Assembly: GCA_965207565.1 (NCBI GenBank)
Contig: CBDBMQ010000007.1
Span: 28,804-92,803, forward strand
Length of the DNA stretch: 64,000 nucleotides
Source of the DNA: Rhodothermales bacterium
GTDB lineage: Bacteria; Bacteroidota; Rhodothermia; Rhodothermales; Bin80
Direction: 5' to 3'
The notes beneath the pieces are model-generated. The model saw only the letters and a list, made by a program, of their open reading frames with translations. It did not search any database and was not told the origin of the DNA. This document shows positions 1-10,681 of this stretch, one piece after another (the first letter of the stretch is position 1; each line of letters opens with the position of its first letter). The translations under genes were made by a program, and so were the position numbers.

Positions 1-584
1 GATTCAGAGTGCCGACCGACAAATCCTTCGTCAATGCGCTGCTGTGTTTGGCTTCGAAGCGCATTCTGGATTCCTGCGATCACGATGATAAACTTGTATC
101 CTGCGTCTGCGGCTCGTGCTATCAGTGCAAGGTAGTTGGCTGTTTTTCCAGATTGTACGCTACCAATTACTAGGCCGCGTCTATCCCAGGTGCCGTCAGA
201 AGTTGGATCCCGCAACAGTCCAAGTATTATTTCACTTACATCACGAAGCGATTGGCACATCCTGTCGGACCATTCGCACGAAGCCAAGTGTTCGAAATAC
301 CCATTTGTATATGTCCATTTAATATCTTCTTGACGTCTGTGAACCCAATCGGTATCATGGTGGGAATCTGGTCGAGTTAAGGAAACTCCAGCTTCCATGG
401 TGGTAGTGATTGCTGTTTCAGCCCTTCTAATTAAAGGGTCCAGATTTCCGTCAAAACAAAAAGTCTTGGCAAGTTGCTCTCCTATAGCCCTGATGTCGCT
501 GGTTGATGGGGTTGATGGATGCTTCTCCATGACGGAGATCAGAAGGCTCACGATTTTGTTTTCCACTTCTAGCCGATGTGCCAT
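1..584 (-). CDS. Z1-domain protein of a MORC/Z1 restriction-type operon (N-terminal SF2 helicase-like ATPase part; runs off the window edge)
   Basis: Not in the ORF track. Manual translation from ATG 584 (overlapping the MORC stop) gives MAHRLEVENKIV...WDRRGLVIGSVQSGKTANYLALIARAADAGYKFIIVIAGIQNALRSQTQQRIDEGFVG, the G-x-VQSGKT-x-NY signature of Z1 proteins. Confidence 0.9.
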   Translation of the reverse strand, partial: MAHRLEVENKIVSLLISVMEKHPSTPSTSDIRAIGEQLAKTFCFDGNLDPLIRRAETAITTTMEAGVSLTRPDSHHDTDWVHRRQEDIKWTYTNGYFEHLASCEWSDRMCQSLRDVSEIILGLLRDPTSDGTWDRRGLVIGSVQSGKTANYLALIARAADAGYKFIIVIAGIQNALRSQTQQRIDEGFVGRHSE

Positions 585-2062
585 CACGATTCCCGCTGTT
601 CTATGTAATCGTCAACAGCACTCCGGTGCTGATCAAAGAGGTGTGTCGCATCAACGAATTCACGAAATCCTTCAATGTCGGACTGTAAGTCTTCGGGGAG
701 GCTGTTATGGAGTTGTTCGAGTCGCTCTCTGACTGCTACACTCATCTGATCCGAAGCATGTAGCTCCTTTGGGTTGTCATTCCAATCCAGCGAGATCCTC
801 TCTACTGGAAGGTCTTCCCCTATTGCACTGATGAGTAGTTTCAATTGCGATTGCCCAACTTGACCAAGTTTTTGCGTCAGCTTTTTTATCAGCGGGTGAT
901 CGCTGTTGAGTGCATATCGGATGCCTTTGTGATCTGCAATTCGATCCCATAATGGATAAGGATTATCTGAGTGAAGCCGCTGCCCACGTTCCTTGTAGAC
1001 TCTCTTACTGGGGGTAACAATCTTGTCCAGAATTTGCCGTAAGCGACTTCGGATTGCTCGGGGAGGCTGAACGCGTGATTTTTTGATATCAATCGTCCAA
1101 CGGTGGTCAAGCGAACTAGGGAAGTCAATCTGAACCCGTGCCAGTTGGGCAGATCTGTTTTTGGCAATCAGACGGAACCATCCGCCCCATGCAACCAGCC
1201 GGTAATTTCGGTACACATAGACTCCTTGGTTTTCAAAAAAACTGCTACGGTCTTTGTAGAGATTGAATCTCTGCACAGAAAGTTTGCTGTGGTGCGGCAG
1301 TGTGTATCCCCGCAGTTGAATCTCATGAGACTCTATGCGAATCCGGTCAACTGGTTGATGTTGTGTAGCTGGATGATCTCGGCAAAACGGATCAAAGGCC
1401 TCGATTTTATGACCATTTACAGAGACTTGCAATTGACAGGACCATGGGACTTCTCCCTCCATGAACCGATGAAATACCAACGCAATATGCTGACGTACCT
1501 CGGACAGCTTTTTGGTTACAACTTCCTGCCGCTCGTGCCCTTCAGAGTCCCCGAAAAGGCGGTCCAGGTTGCGCCATAGCACCAGTGTTCCACGCTCTGG
1601 CAGAAATTCAAAGCAAGGCAGATTCTTAATCTCTTCCTCATCCAGAAGAGAGATGATCCAGTCATCCCGGTCGTCCACCACATCAAGGTTCCACTCCGCT
1701 GCGTTAAGTTCTTCTCCCTTTCGGCTCACGACAGTAAGACGCCTGCACTGGGAGAAGGAAGCCGTCTTCAGGCCCAGCCCGAACTTTCCAAGATCATGTG
1801 AAGCTCGTTCCCGGTTTCGATCGATGCCACCGTGCCTCATGGCATGGATGATCTCATCAATTCCCATTCCGTGGCCATCATCAATGATGGCTACGGTGGG
1901 TTCCTCAGTATCCGTGACGCAGTAAATATCCACTTTCTCTGCACCAGCCGAAATGCTGTTATCAATCAAATCAGCGATTGCAGTCTCCAGTGAATACCCG
2001 ATATCGCGCATTGAAGCGGATAGGGAGGCTGCGCTTGGGGGGAGGCGGATTTCACGCGGCAT
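584..2062 (-). CDS. GHKL/MORC-type (MutL-like) ATPase
   Basis: Motifs YSLETAIADLIDNSISA, IIDDGHGM, DLGKFGLGLKTASFSQ, GTLVLW, QGVYVYRNYRLV and WTIDIKKS; SD GGAGGAGG before ATG 2062. Confidence 0.93.
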   Translation of the reverse strand: MPREIRLPPSAASLSASMRDIGYSLETAIADLIDNSISAGAEKVDIYCVTDTEEPTVAIIDDGHGMGIDEIIHAMRHGGIDRNRERASHDLGKFGLGLKTASFSQCRRLTVVSRKGEELNAAEWNLDVVDDRDDWIISLLDEEEIKNLPCFEFLPERGTLVLWRNLDRLFGDSEGHERQEVVTKKLSEVRQHIALVFHRFMEGEVPWSCQLQVSVNGHKIEAFDPFCRDHPATQHQPVDRIRIESHEIQLRGYTLPHHSKLSVQRFNLYKDRSSFFENQGVYVYRNYRLVAWGGWFRLIAKNRSAQLARVQIDFPSSLDHRWTIDIKKSRVQPPRAIRSRLRQILDKIVTPSKRVYKERGQRLHSDNPYPLWDRIADHKGIRYALNSDHPLIKKLTQKLGQVGQSQLKLLISAIGEDLPVERISLDWNDNPKELHASDQMSVAVRERLEQLHNSLPEDLQSDIEGFREFVDATHLFDQHRSAVDDYIEQRES

Positions 2063-2484
2063 GTTCAACCTCCTCCAAGTGGTATGCTATTCGCTGCGCA
2101 ACCTGATCCGTATCTGAGTCAATTTCGCATTCCCAAGCGATGAGGACCTGCCAGCCCCAGCTTTTTGAGTGCTTTCAAATTCCGTTCATCCCGCTCGAGT
2201 GTTTCGCGAAATTTTTCGAGCCAGAAGGATTCGTTGGATTTTGGAGTGGACGCATGCTTACAGCCATCGTGACGATGCCAGAAACAGCCGTGTACGAAGA
2301 TGGCTGTCCGGTATTTTGGTAGTACGACATCAGGCTTGCCTGGCAATTTCGTTTCATGAACGCGAAACCGAAAGCCCAACTGATGAAGGCATGAGCGAAG
2401 TTTTCGCTCGGGAATGGTATCGCGTCCTCTGATCCTAGACATATTCCAACTGCGTTGTTCTTTGGAGAGGTGATCTGCCATCAT
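2052..2484 (-). CDS. vsr: Very-short-patch repair endonuclease Vsr (1-bp frameshift near the 3' end, in the G4 run at ~2155)
   Basis: RSWNMSRIRGRDTIPE, LPGKPDVV and FVHGCFWHRH motifs. Removing one G restores the canonical tail LGWQVLIAWECEI, ending at TGA 2052. Confidence 0.93.
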
Positions 2485-4031
2485 GATTCCCCTCTAGCTG
2501 CATCCAGCGCATCAGCGACGACATCTCCAATCTGTCGGGCGAGGTATGGTGGCACGGCATTCCCGATCTGGCGATACTGCTCAGTTCGGGGGCCTTCGAA
2601 TTTGTAATTATCCGGGAATGTTTGCAGCCGCGCCGCTTCACGCACAGTTAGGCTCCTGCACTGTGCCAGGTCATAATGGATATAGAAGTGTCCATCTTTC
2701 GCCATGTGCGCCGTGATCGTGGAGGCAGACCGGTTTGGTAACTGCACTCGGAAACGGTCCACAAAATTTTTCCCTGCTTCTCCATTTACGACATCACGAT
2801 GAGCTGGAAGTAAAGCGGAAGGAAAGTCATGCAGTCTTGGGCTTCTCCCCATGACTTTAGCGAATGCCGCTGCGAACGCATAGCGCTGGAGATCAGAGGG
2901 CATATGTGCACGCGACTCGTGTCCTGTCAGTGTACGCACGCGTGGATCGTGCATGAATGCTATTGCTCCGCCTATGTCTGCTGATTTTGATGGGTAGGAG
3001 CAGTCCTTTCTTTGGAGTGAATCCGGTACAGACTTGAAGAGAGAAGTCACTTCATTACAGATACCTTCCGCGTGAATGTAGTTTTCAAAATTCACCTTAT
3101 CCAGAGAAGCAATTGCTTTTGTCCACGCCTCAAGAGTGTCTGGTTCCCCCGTGATTCCACTGCGAATTTTGGGTAATTGTCCGATCGTTTGCTCCACTGT
3201 TGGGGCTTTTCAGGCGTTAACTGTGGAGGCTCGATACCGAGATCACTGCGGATTCCCACGATGAATACCCGATGACGGGTTTGAGGTACGCCGTGCTGTT
3301 CAGACTTTACCAGAAAGTCGCTTGGCTGAGCTGAACCGAATAAAGCTTCTGGACAGTAAAGCCCGTGGAGCTCATATCTAGACGAACTGTTTTGCAAGGT
3401 CCCAAGGGCACGGCATGGGTTTCTGAGATCTTTCTGGATCATCTGGAATATGGGCTCTCCATCGTGCTTAGCGGAAAGCAATCCCTTTACATTCTCCATT
3501 ACGAAGATGGGTGGTCCGTGCTCGGCAATGACTCTTAGGTATTCTCTGTAAAGGAAGTGGCGCTCATCATGCTCAAATTCAGGCATGCCTTGCATACGTG
3601 ACCGTCCCGCCAATGAGTATGCTTGGCAGGGAGGCCCACCAACCAGCACCCACAGGGAAGTATTCGACAGGCGGTTAGCGATTATCTCGCAAACCTGAGC
3701 ATGATTTTCCGGGCCGAGTGTAAGGTGCAGGGCAGACTCCTCGGCATGATGCGAGGCGGTAGGATGAGAGGCAAAGAGTTCTGCAGACTCAATGGTGCCA
3801 TCCAGATAGCGATAATAAGCTTCAGGAGCTTCGCTAGGTGGGAAATGGCGAAAAAAATGCCTCAGCCGCAGCGTCTTATGCGCCCAAGCATCCTTTTCAA
3901 TCGATGCAGCTATAAAAAATCGGGGGGGGGGGCGAAATTTGATGTTTACTACCCGTGGCGGTAGCAAACCCTTCTCCTAGTCCTCCAGGCCCTGCAAATA
4001 GATCAACGACAGGGTACGGCGGTATTTTCAT
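2481..4031 (-). CDS. dcm: DNA (cytosine-5)-methyltransferase, split by two frameshifts (C11 tract at 3922-3932 and ~3205)
   Basis: Motif I DLFAGPGG, IV GGPPCQ, VI ENVKG, VIII QTRHR, IX RSLTVREAARLQTFP and X QIGNAVP, spread over three ORF pieces. Confidence 0.92.
3922..3932. repeat. G11 (coding-strand C11) homopolymer inside the methyltransferase 5' region
   Basis: Directly visible. C10 would be in frame (TCG CCC CCC CCC CGA); C11 is out of frame. Confidence 0.9.
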
Positions 4032-4109
4032 CACGATCAACACAGGAACAGGGACTGAATAGGATTTGAAGTATAATAAATTCCAGGTTCCTGGCAATCA
4101 TTTCGGGTG

Positions 4110-4633
4110 TATTCTTCGGTAGTGTTATGCTTCAGTGTAGGGGCAAGCAACCTATTGCAACGATTCATAGCCAGTAAATTCCCCAAAATCATCCGACGCC
4201 AGGAACAACGTATATGGTCTCCAATAATCCCAAAAATGCCTATCCTTGTCAGTCATTACAGTGATTGTGCAGATGATTACCAAGTTTTGATGGAAGAGGC
4301 ATACTTTTGGGGTTGATTGGCTAAAATGTACCAACAGAACATGGCTACTATTGGAAGCACAGAGAATCCCTGTAGGATTGCAATCATCGGAGCCGGTCCG
4401 GCAGGGTTCTATGCAGCAGGACACCTGCTGAAACAAAAAACTCACGTTGTGACGGTAGATGTATTTGACAAGCTTCCCGTCCCCTACGGGCTTGTTCGCA
4501 GCGGCGTTGCCCCTGATCATCAGAAAATAAAGAATGTGACGCGCGTGTATGAAAAAACTGCCGCACAGGAAGGATTTCGGTTTTTTGGCAATGTTGAGTA
4601 CGGCAGGGATATTGATCTTGAGGATTTAAGCAA
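4110..4633 (+). repeat. Direct repeat copy 1 (promoter plus 5' end of the ferredoxin-NADP reductase gene)
   Basis: 4185-4633 matches 10233-10681 with 4 substitutions; 4110-4184 is a diverged match to 10150-10232. Confidence 0.97.
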
Positions 4634-4652
4634 AAGAGGAAGCGGGTTATAG
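4341..4652 (+). pseudogene. Truncated 5' fragment (~97 codons) of the ferredoxin-NADP reductase
   Basis: Protein identical to the 10389 gene up to DIDLEDLS, then KRGSGL and a stop. Confidence 0.93.
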
Positions 4653-4838
4653 AATTCTCTGAAATGTGTTCTACAATGGGCGCAGTTCGCACGGCATGAT
4701 GGAGGTTCTGTAATAAGCTTGAACGGTTCAATGACGAACCGGGCATGGCTTTCGGAAGAGGATATTCCAGATCAAGTATTCCACACGAATCGTGATAGAA
4801 CCAAAAGGAAGATTTTCAATTATCCGCAAATGCAACCG

Positions 4839-5856
4839 CTATTGACAGGGTTGTAACTCGTTCGTACCAACGCCTAATACATCTTCCTGCCATTCATTTC
4901 CCTCTGTATCAAACCGATATACGTCGCTTGTATAACCCGCAAAAATTCCAAGCCCGTTCAGTACATTGGTATACACAGCAAGACGGTTACTGGTTTGAAG
5001 AATGTTTGGGGTGTGCAAGAATATGTCATGCAACTCAAGTGATCGCTCGTATGCAAACGATTCATTACTGAGTGCCGTGAGCACAAGCATAAAATGAGGA
5101 CTGATTGATTGGAAGATCATCGGCTCAAATGTGATTTCGAATTCTTTCGTAGTAGCCTCAAAGAGTTGATCAGAAAAGAATGCAGGCCCAAAATCTTTTC
5201 TAAATCAGGGATGGTCGGATCATCGACCGCCTCTATGTAGACATGGAATGAGGGTGAGTTGCTATGAAAAAAGAGCCAATCATAGTCCAATGAATATCCA
5301 GGGCCATCTTCGATTCTTAAGCCTCCGGCGTCGTCTTTGCAGAATGGCATCACTTGGTAAAGATTGAGGCGATAATAATTCTTACCTGGCTGGTCTGCTA
5401 ATCTGAAGCGCAGTCTGTAACCGCTTTTCGGTAGCAGAATCTTCTCTTGATATGGGTTCCATTTCCAGAAGCTTGCTCTCCAGGGACGGTGCCTGAGAGG
5501 AAGCCATCGCCATTGGGAAGCCGTTTACATTCACTTGTACTTCGTAGGTCATACCATTTATCGGGCGATGATTATGGACCGTCTGATAGATTCCATGATC
5601 AATCTGCTGTAGCGTATCACGAAAATGATCTTCTCCGATGATGATAATGCTGGCATCCGATAGCATCAATTCACTTGGCTTTGCATTGTCTCTTAAAGGG
5701 ACACTCTTGCCCACTTGCAACCTCCATAAGCTATCGGGAGAAAAATGCGATGTTACTACAAGCCTGGATTGGTAACTCTCCAGGAATATCCAAGTCAACA
5801 ATCGTTTCGCATCCACACAACAGTGCGAGGAGAAGAATTCCAATCCACTCGCGCAT
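4839..5856 (-). CDS. DUF4249-like lipoprotein partner of the TonB receptor (3 apparent 1-bp indels)
   Basis: Rejoined frames read MREWIGILLLALLCGC|ETIVDLDIP-ESYQSRLVV...ADQPGKNYY...FFSDQLF...YTNVLNGLGIFAGY, with a lipobox and a typical C-terminal motif. Confidence 0.8.
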
Positions 5857-5859
5857 CAC

Positions 5860-8280
5860 TTAAAACCTCCATTGCCAAGAAATAGCGGGGATTAACTGCA
5901 AAAAGCTCAGCTGCCTGTAGGAAATAAGAGATCCGCCAGTCAGGTTTTTTTTCGGATAGACAAACATGGGGTTTTTTCGATTGTAGGCATTGTATAAACC
6001 CACACTAATCGTGCGTTCTCCCCAGGACCTTTGCTTCTTGAAGTTCACGCTGATGTCAAGACGGTGATAAGCTGGTGCCCGGGCTGAATTAACTGGACCA
6101 GTGTCTAACAAATTTTGAAAACCACTTATATAGCGACCTATAGGAACCCAGGACTGGGTAACCACTGCCATACACCCACACAGCTGATATTTGTCTCGTA
6201 TTTGAGAGTTGATACTGCATCACCACCGAAATATCATGACGACGATCATATCCATCAGGAAAGGGATGCCCCCCATTAAGAGACTCAAATCGTCTGGTAG
6301 TCCGTGCCCAAGTATAGCCTGCCCATCCTGTCAGGTATCCCCTTTTCTTTTGAACAAAGATTTCCGCTCCACGAGAGGTACCCGTGCCAATCTCCAGAAG
6401 ATCTGGCCAATCCAAGAATGCTGACCGATATCTGTCTGCTCCAGTCGTGTATTCAAGATGTCCCGTCATATGCTTGAGATAGCTCTCAACTGAAAACTGA
6501 TAGCGACCCTCTTGGAAACTTTTCAGAAACCCTACTGCTATCTGATATCCGCTTTGAGGGGTAATGCGATCCATGCTCGGGATCCATAAATCCGTAGGAA
6601 ATGCGGTGCCTCCACCCGTCAATAAATGTATATACTGCTTTGACCGTGCATAAGAAGCCCTTGATCGCACTCGTCTCCGAAACTCGCACATTGATACCTA
6701 ATCGTGGCTCAATGGAACGGAAACGTGTGTGCTGGGGCAGTATAACCCGAAAGTCGGAGTCCAGTAGTCACTCTTAGTGCATGATGCAGTTGCATCACAT
6801 CTTCAGCGTAGAGTGCCATTTCCTGGGAGGTAATTACCCCCGACGGTGTCTGCAGTAGGCTGACGGGCGGCCTCCCCGACTCTTCCAGACTCGTTTGGGT
6901 AGTTCCCGGGCTGAAGCGATGCAAAATGCCCTCTGCTCCAAAACGCACATAATGCCGGGGATTCGGAACATACTCAAAATCAATCTTTGCAGTCCAATCA
7001 ATAATTTCAGAATGCCACATCCCTTCGTATGTGATAACATTGTTGTCACTATCGTCTAATGAGTGCGTACTTGAAGAGAAACGATATTGCATAACGCCCA
7101 TAAGAGCATTGGCGAATAAACGGTCCCTAATGAGCCGGTTCCAACGAAGAGATACTAAACGATTGCGCCAACCCAAATCATAATTAAGTTGGTCATCCGA
7201 ACCCAGATCAGGGGGTGCTGACCGCTTTTCATAGGAGAATTTATCCTGACCGGCATAGGCACTCAGGTAGATACGATTTCGCTCCGATAAAATATAGTTT
7301 GTCTTAAAGTTTAAATCGTAAAACGCCGCACCATATCGGGTAAGTTTACGCTGAAAGGGACGCAATAGCTGGTCTATGTATGTACGCCGACCAGCTACCA
7401 AAAAAGAGGCGTGCTCCCTCGCGATTGGTCCTTCAAGCATAATGCGTGAAGAAACAAGCCCAATTGCCCCCTCCCCGGCGAAATGTTTCAAGTTTCCCTC
7501 TTTCATCGTGTAACTGACCACCGACGAAAGACGTCCACCGTATCGCGCTGGGAAACCGCCCTTGATCAGCTCAACACGCTTCATCGCTGCCGAGTTGAAC
7601 ACGCTGAAAAATCCAAACAGATGATTGGGATTATAAAGCGGAAGTCCGTCCAGCAAAATAAGGTTCTGATCCGCACGACCACCTCGCACATACAGTCCAC
7701 TGCTACCTTCTACGCCTGACTGAACACTAGGCAATAGTTGGAGCGTTTTCTGAATGTCAATTTCTCCGAGGATCACCGGTAGTGTTTCAATTTCTTCTAT
7801 TGTTATCTCGTGGCGGCTCATCTGCACATCATCTAGATCATTTTCCCTTTCGGCGATGACCTCCATATCTTTCATTCTCACGACACGAGATGCGAGTGTA
7901 ATGGTCAATGTGGTATCTCCATTGATCTCAAGACGATGCCAAGCCGGTTCATATCCGACATGTGAAACCCAGAGCAAAAGAGATCCTGGATCAGTGGTCA
8001 GGCTATAGAATCCATACTGATTTGTTGTAGTACCGATCTGGAGTGCCGGAATATACACGCTCGCCCCAAGAATTCGTTCTCGACTCGCTATGTCTTCCAA
8101 ATAACCGCTGATCGTCGCAGGTTGAGCGGCTATCAAGTCGAATTGAGTGCTCCACAGTAGTAACATCAGCAGTCCTCGGTTCAACCACCTAACTGTCACC
8201 ATACTGTAACTCCAACAACTTAATGTAGAAATAAATATAGGGTAGCACCCAAACCTGCCCGTTCGTATTCTTTTAGACAA
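5860..8280 (-). CDS. TonB-dependent receptor with N-terminal carboxypeptidase-regulatory-like domain (3 apparent 1-bp indels)
   Basis: TTTNQYGFYSL, LYVRGGRADQNLILLDG, GGFPARYGGRLSSV, YDRRHD, AYHRLD, LYNAYNRKN and a C-terminal WRF. The true start may be ~8202. Confidence 0.92.
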
Positions 8281-8284
8281 GAAA

Positions 8285-8827
8285 TCAAAAGAAGATGTGC
8301 AGTGCTACCCCTCGTGCAGGAATAGCACCGAGACGCCCCATATGATCTATAGATAACCCGACATCCACGGTTAGAAATAACCCCTTAGAAGAGGGCTTTC
8401 TACCGATTTGAAGTTCCGCGCTACCACCTCCCGTAAATTGATACAGGGTCGATAAAACTGGTTCTTGGTCTGACATAGGGAATTCATGTCGGCCTACTTG
8501 TCCGAAGACTTTGAGTCTTACTCTTTTCCAATCCCGAACAGAATGGTTGTATCGAACGGCTATACGACGGGCATTAACATCAGTGCGATTGCGACCATCA
8601 GCACCGACACCACCGCTGATATTTGCATCAACTATAACCTGAATGGTCTTATAGCGAACACTTAATCCCCCGGCATATGGTTTTGAGAACACGAGTCCCA
8701 CACCAATACCAGACTGAGCGTGCGAGGGTTGTACGAAGCAGACAATGGGCAACAAAGCAACAAACAGTAGGCTGACAGATACCCCTTTACCAAGAAATTT
8801 GGAAAATGTATGGTATGATTCAATCAT
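8285..8827 (-). CDS. Signal-peptide protein, probable small outer-membrane beta-barrel
   Basis: Signal peptide ending SHA-Q, alternating amphipathic strands and a C-terminal LHIFF. Confidence 0.65.
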   Translation of the reverse strand: MIESYHTFSKFLGKGVSVSLLFVALLPIVCFVQPSHAQSGIGVGLVFSKPYAGGLSVRYKTIQVIVDANISGGVGADGRNRTDVNARRIAVRYNHSVRDWKRVRLKVFGQVGRHEFPMSDQEPVLSTLYQFTGGGSAELQIGRKPSSKGLFLTVDVGLSIDHMGRLGAIPARGVALHIFF

Positions 8828-8899
8828 GCATACCCCAAGCTAATGTGCAATGATGAGGGAATCGCCTAGATTATTATCTAACAACTGCTTTGTCTCATT

Positions 8900-9946
8900 T
8901 CATTTTCTAGAAGCATAGGTTGAACATGATCGGGTTCTGGTTACCCCATCATCAGTACGGTCTCCTGTATAGGTGCTAGAGATCCAACCTCTTATCTTAT
9001 TCGCTTTTTGCTTTATACCTACATTCCAGTCGAAATTCTTTCTAATTTCTGAAGCAGAGTATTTCGTTTTAGTATAACTGCCTTCAGTTGAGTTTACCAC
9101 AAAAGTGAATGTCCCCCACGCTGCTTCAACCGTCGTGACCTGCTCCAAACTATAATCCGCCTCTAAGCGTACCCAATTTATGGACGTACGCCACCACCGA
9201 AACCATGATTTTCTCTGACTCTCAATTTCCGTAGTCGCCGACGCAAATATACGCCAGTAGCTAATCCATGCCTGTCCTTTAACACGCCTCCGGTTATTAA
9301 AATATGATTCACATCCTTTCCTTCTACCGGATGATAAAGATTTGTTTGCTAATTCTATTTCAGATCTCTCTACTTCAAATACTTCCACACTAGGATCGTG
9401 GTTTGTCTTCTGAGTGAAGGGGACTTTATCACGATTTCTCAGAGAAATAGAGCTTAGGTAATCAGCGTTGGTTTCGGGTACCCGGTACACGTAGTTTCGC
9501 GTAATCTTATAGACCATATCTCCAACCTGGAATTCTCCTTCTGGGTTTAATACAGTTGCGAAAAATGGATCCTCTACGACCTCTATCTCGCCAATATCTT
9601 TTCCCAGTTCTTCTGCAAGTCTATCAGTGTCGGACCTCAGGGACACAAAGTTAATCGCTGTCTGTACAGAATCTAGATAAGGACCTTCCCTGTTGATAAT
9701 AGATGCCATGAAAACTCGAAATTCATCGGTGTCGTCAAAGACGATCCGGCTATCAATAACTGATGGTTGGATGACTCCATGTGAAGCTGTGTTTTCTTCA
9801 GATTGTGGAGGTGTCGGCTCAGTGATTACACCAGTGGAATCACATCCAACTGTAAGGACAAGAAATCCCAGAACGAAAGCAGTGGCCGTGGTCCGTGAGG
9901 TGGGGAATGAAAAATTTTCAAAGATTGAAGAGTTAATGCATTGCAT
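8900..9946 (-). CDS. Lipoprotein with DUF4848-like N-terminal domain and a basic Trp/Arg-rich C-terminal domain
   Basis: Lipobox LTVG-C; IDSRIVFDDTDEF and FATVLNPEGEFQVGDMVY motifs; C-terminal RKSWFRWWRTS. Confidence 0.7.
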   Translation of the reverse strand: MQCINSSIFENFSFPTSRTTATAFVLGFLVLTVGCDSTGVITEPTPPQSEENTASHGVIQPSVIDSRIVFDDTDEFRVFMASIINREGPYLDSVQTAINFVSLRSDTDRLAEELGKDIGEIEVVEDPFFATVLNPEGEFQVGDMVYKITRNYVYRVPETNADYLSSISLRNRDKVPFTQKTNHDPSVEVFEVERSEIELANKSLSSGRRKGCESYFNNRRRVKGQAWISYWRIFASATTEIESQRKSWFRWWRTSINWVRLEADYSLEQVTTVEAAWGTFTFVVNSTEGSYTKTKYSASEIRKNFDWNVGIKQKANKIRGWISSTYTGDRTDDGVTRTRSCSTYASRK

Positions 9947-10149
9947 TGGTTGATCGAATTTTAGATGAACGTCTCATCCTTTCTCTCTGTTTCTGGAAAA
10001 GGAATAGGAACAAGGCACAAACGAACAGGCAATATACAAACATTCAATGGACATAGTTTTATGAGGGGATGCAGATATGTTGGTTGGTTAGAAGGGTATG
10101 CGACGTGAGGTTCCAAGGTAACGATTTGCGGGTGCATCCCTCTTTCCAG

Positions 10150-10681
10150 ATTCTTCGGTAGGGTTACGCCTCAGTGTAGGAGTAAGCAACCGACCGCCAC
10201 GGATGCAACGATCCATAATCAGGAATTTTCCAAAAATCATCCGACGCCAGGAACAACGTATATGGTCTCCAATAATCCCAAAAATGCCTATCCTTGTCAG
10301 TCATTACAGTGATTGTGCAGATGATTACCAAGTTTTGATGGAAGAGGCATACTTTTGGGGTTGATTGGCTAAAATGTACCAACAGAACATGGCTACTATT
10401 GGAAGCACAGAGAATCCCTGTAGGATTGCAATCATCGGAGCCGGTCCGGCAGGGTTCTATGCAGCAGGACACCTGCTGAAACAAAAAACTCACGTTGTGA
10501 CGGTAGATGTATTTGACAAGCTTCCCGTCCCCTACGGGCTTGTTCGCAGCGGCGTTGCCCCTGATCATCAGAAAATAAAGAATGTGACGCGCGTGTATGA
10601 AAAAACTGCTGCACAGGAAGGATTTCGGTTTTTTGGCAATGTTGAGTATGGCAGGGATATTGATCTTGAGGACTTGAGCAA
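10150..10681 (+). repeat. Direct repeat copy 2
   Basis: Matches copy 1 at an offset of 6048 bp in the conserved core. Confidence 0.97.

Larger units (their letters stand above)
4634..10149. mobile_element. Direct-repeat-bounded accessory cassette (no integrase seen)
   Basis: Flanked by the ~520-bp repeats, visibly more AT-rich than the neighbouring core genes, and holds four co-oriented envelope genes. Confidence 0.6.

Noticed and set aside
4152-4746. Minus-strand ORFs duplicated at 10164-10716
   Set aside because: Antisense shadows of the duplicated reductase 5' region.
4634-10149. Prophage, IS or integron interpretation of the cassette
   Set aside because: No integrase, transposase, phage gene, terminal inverted repeat or attC-like site was seen.
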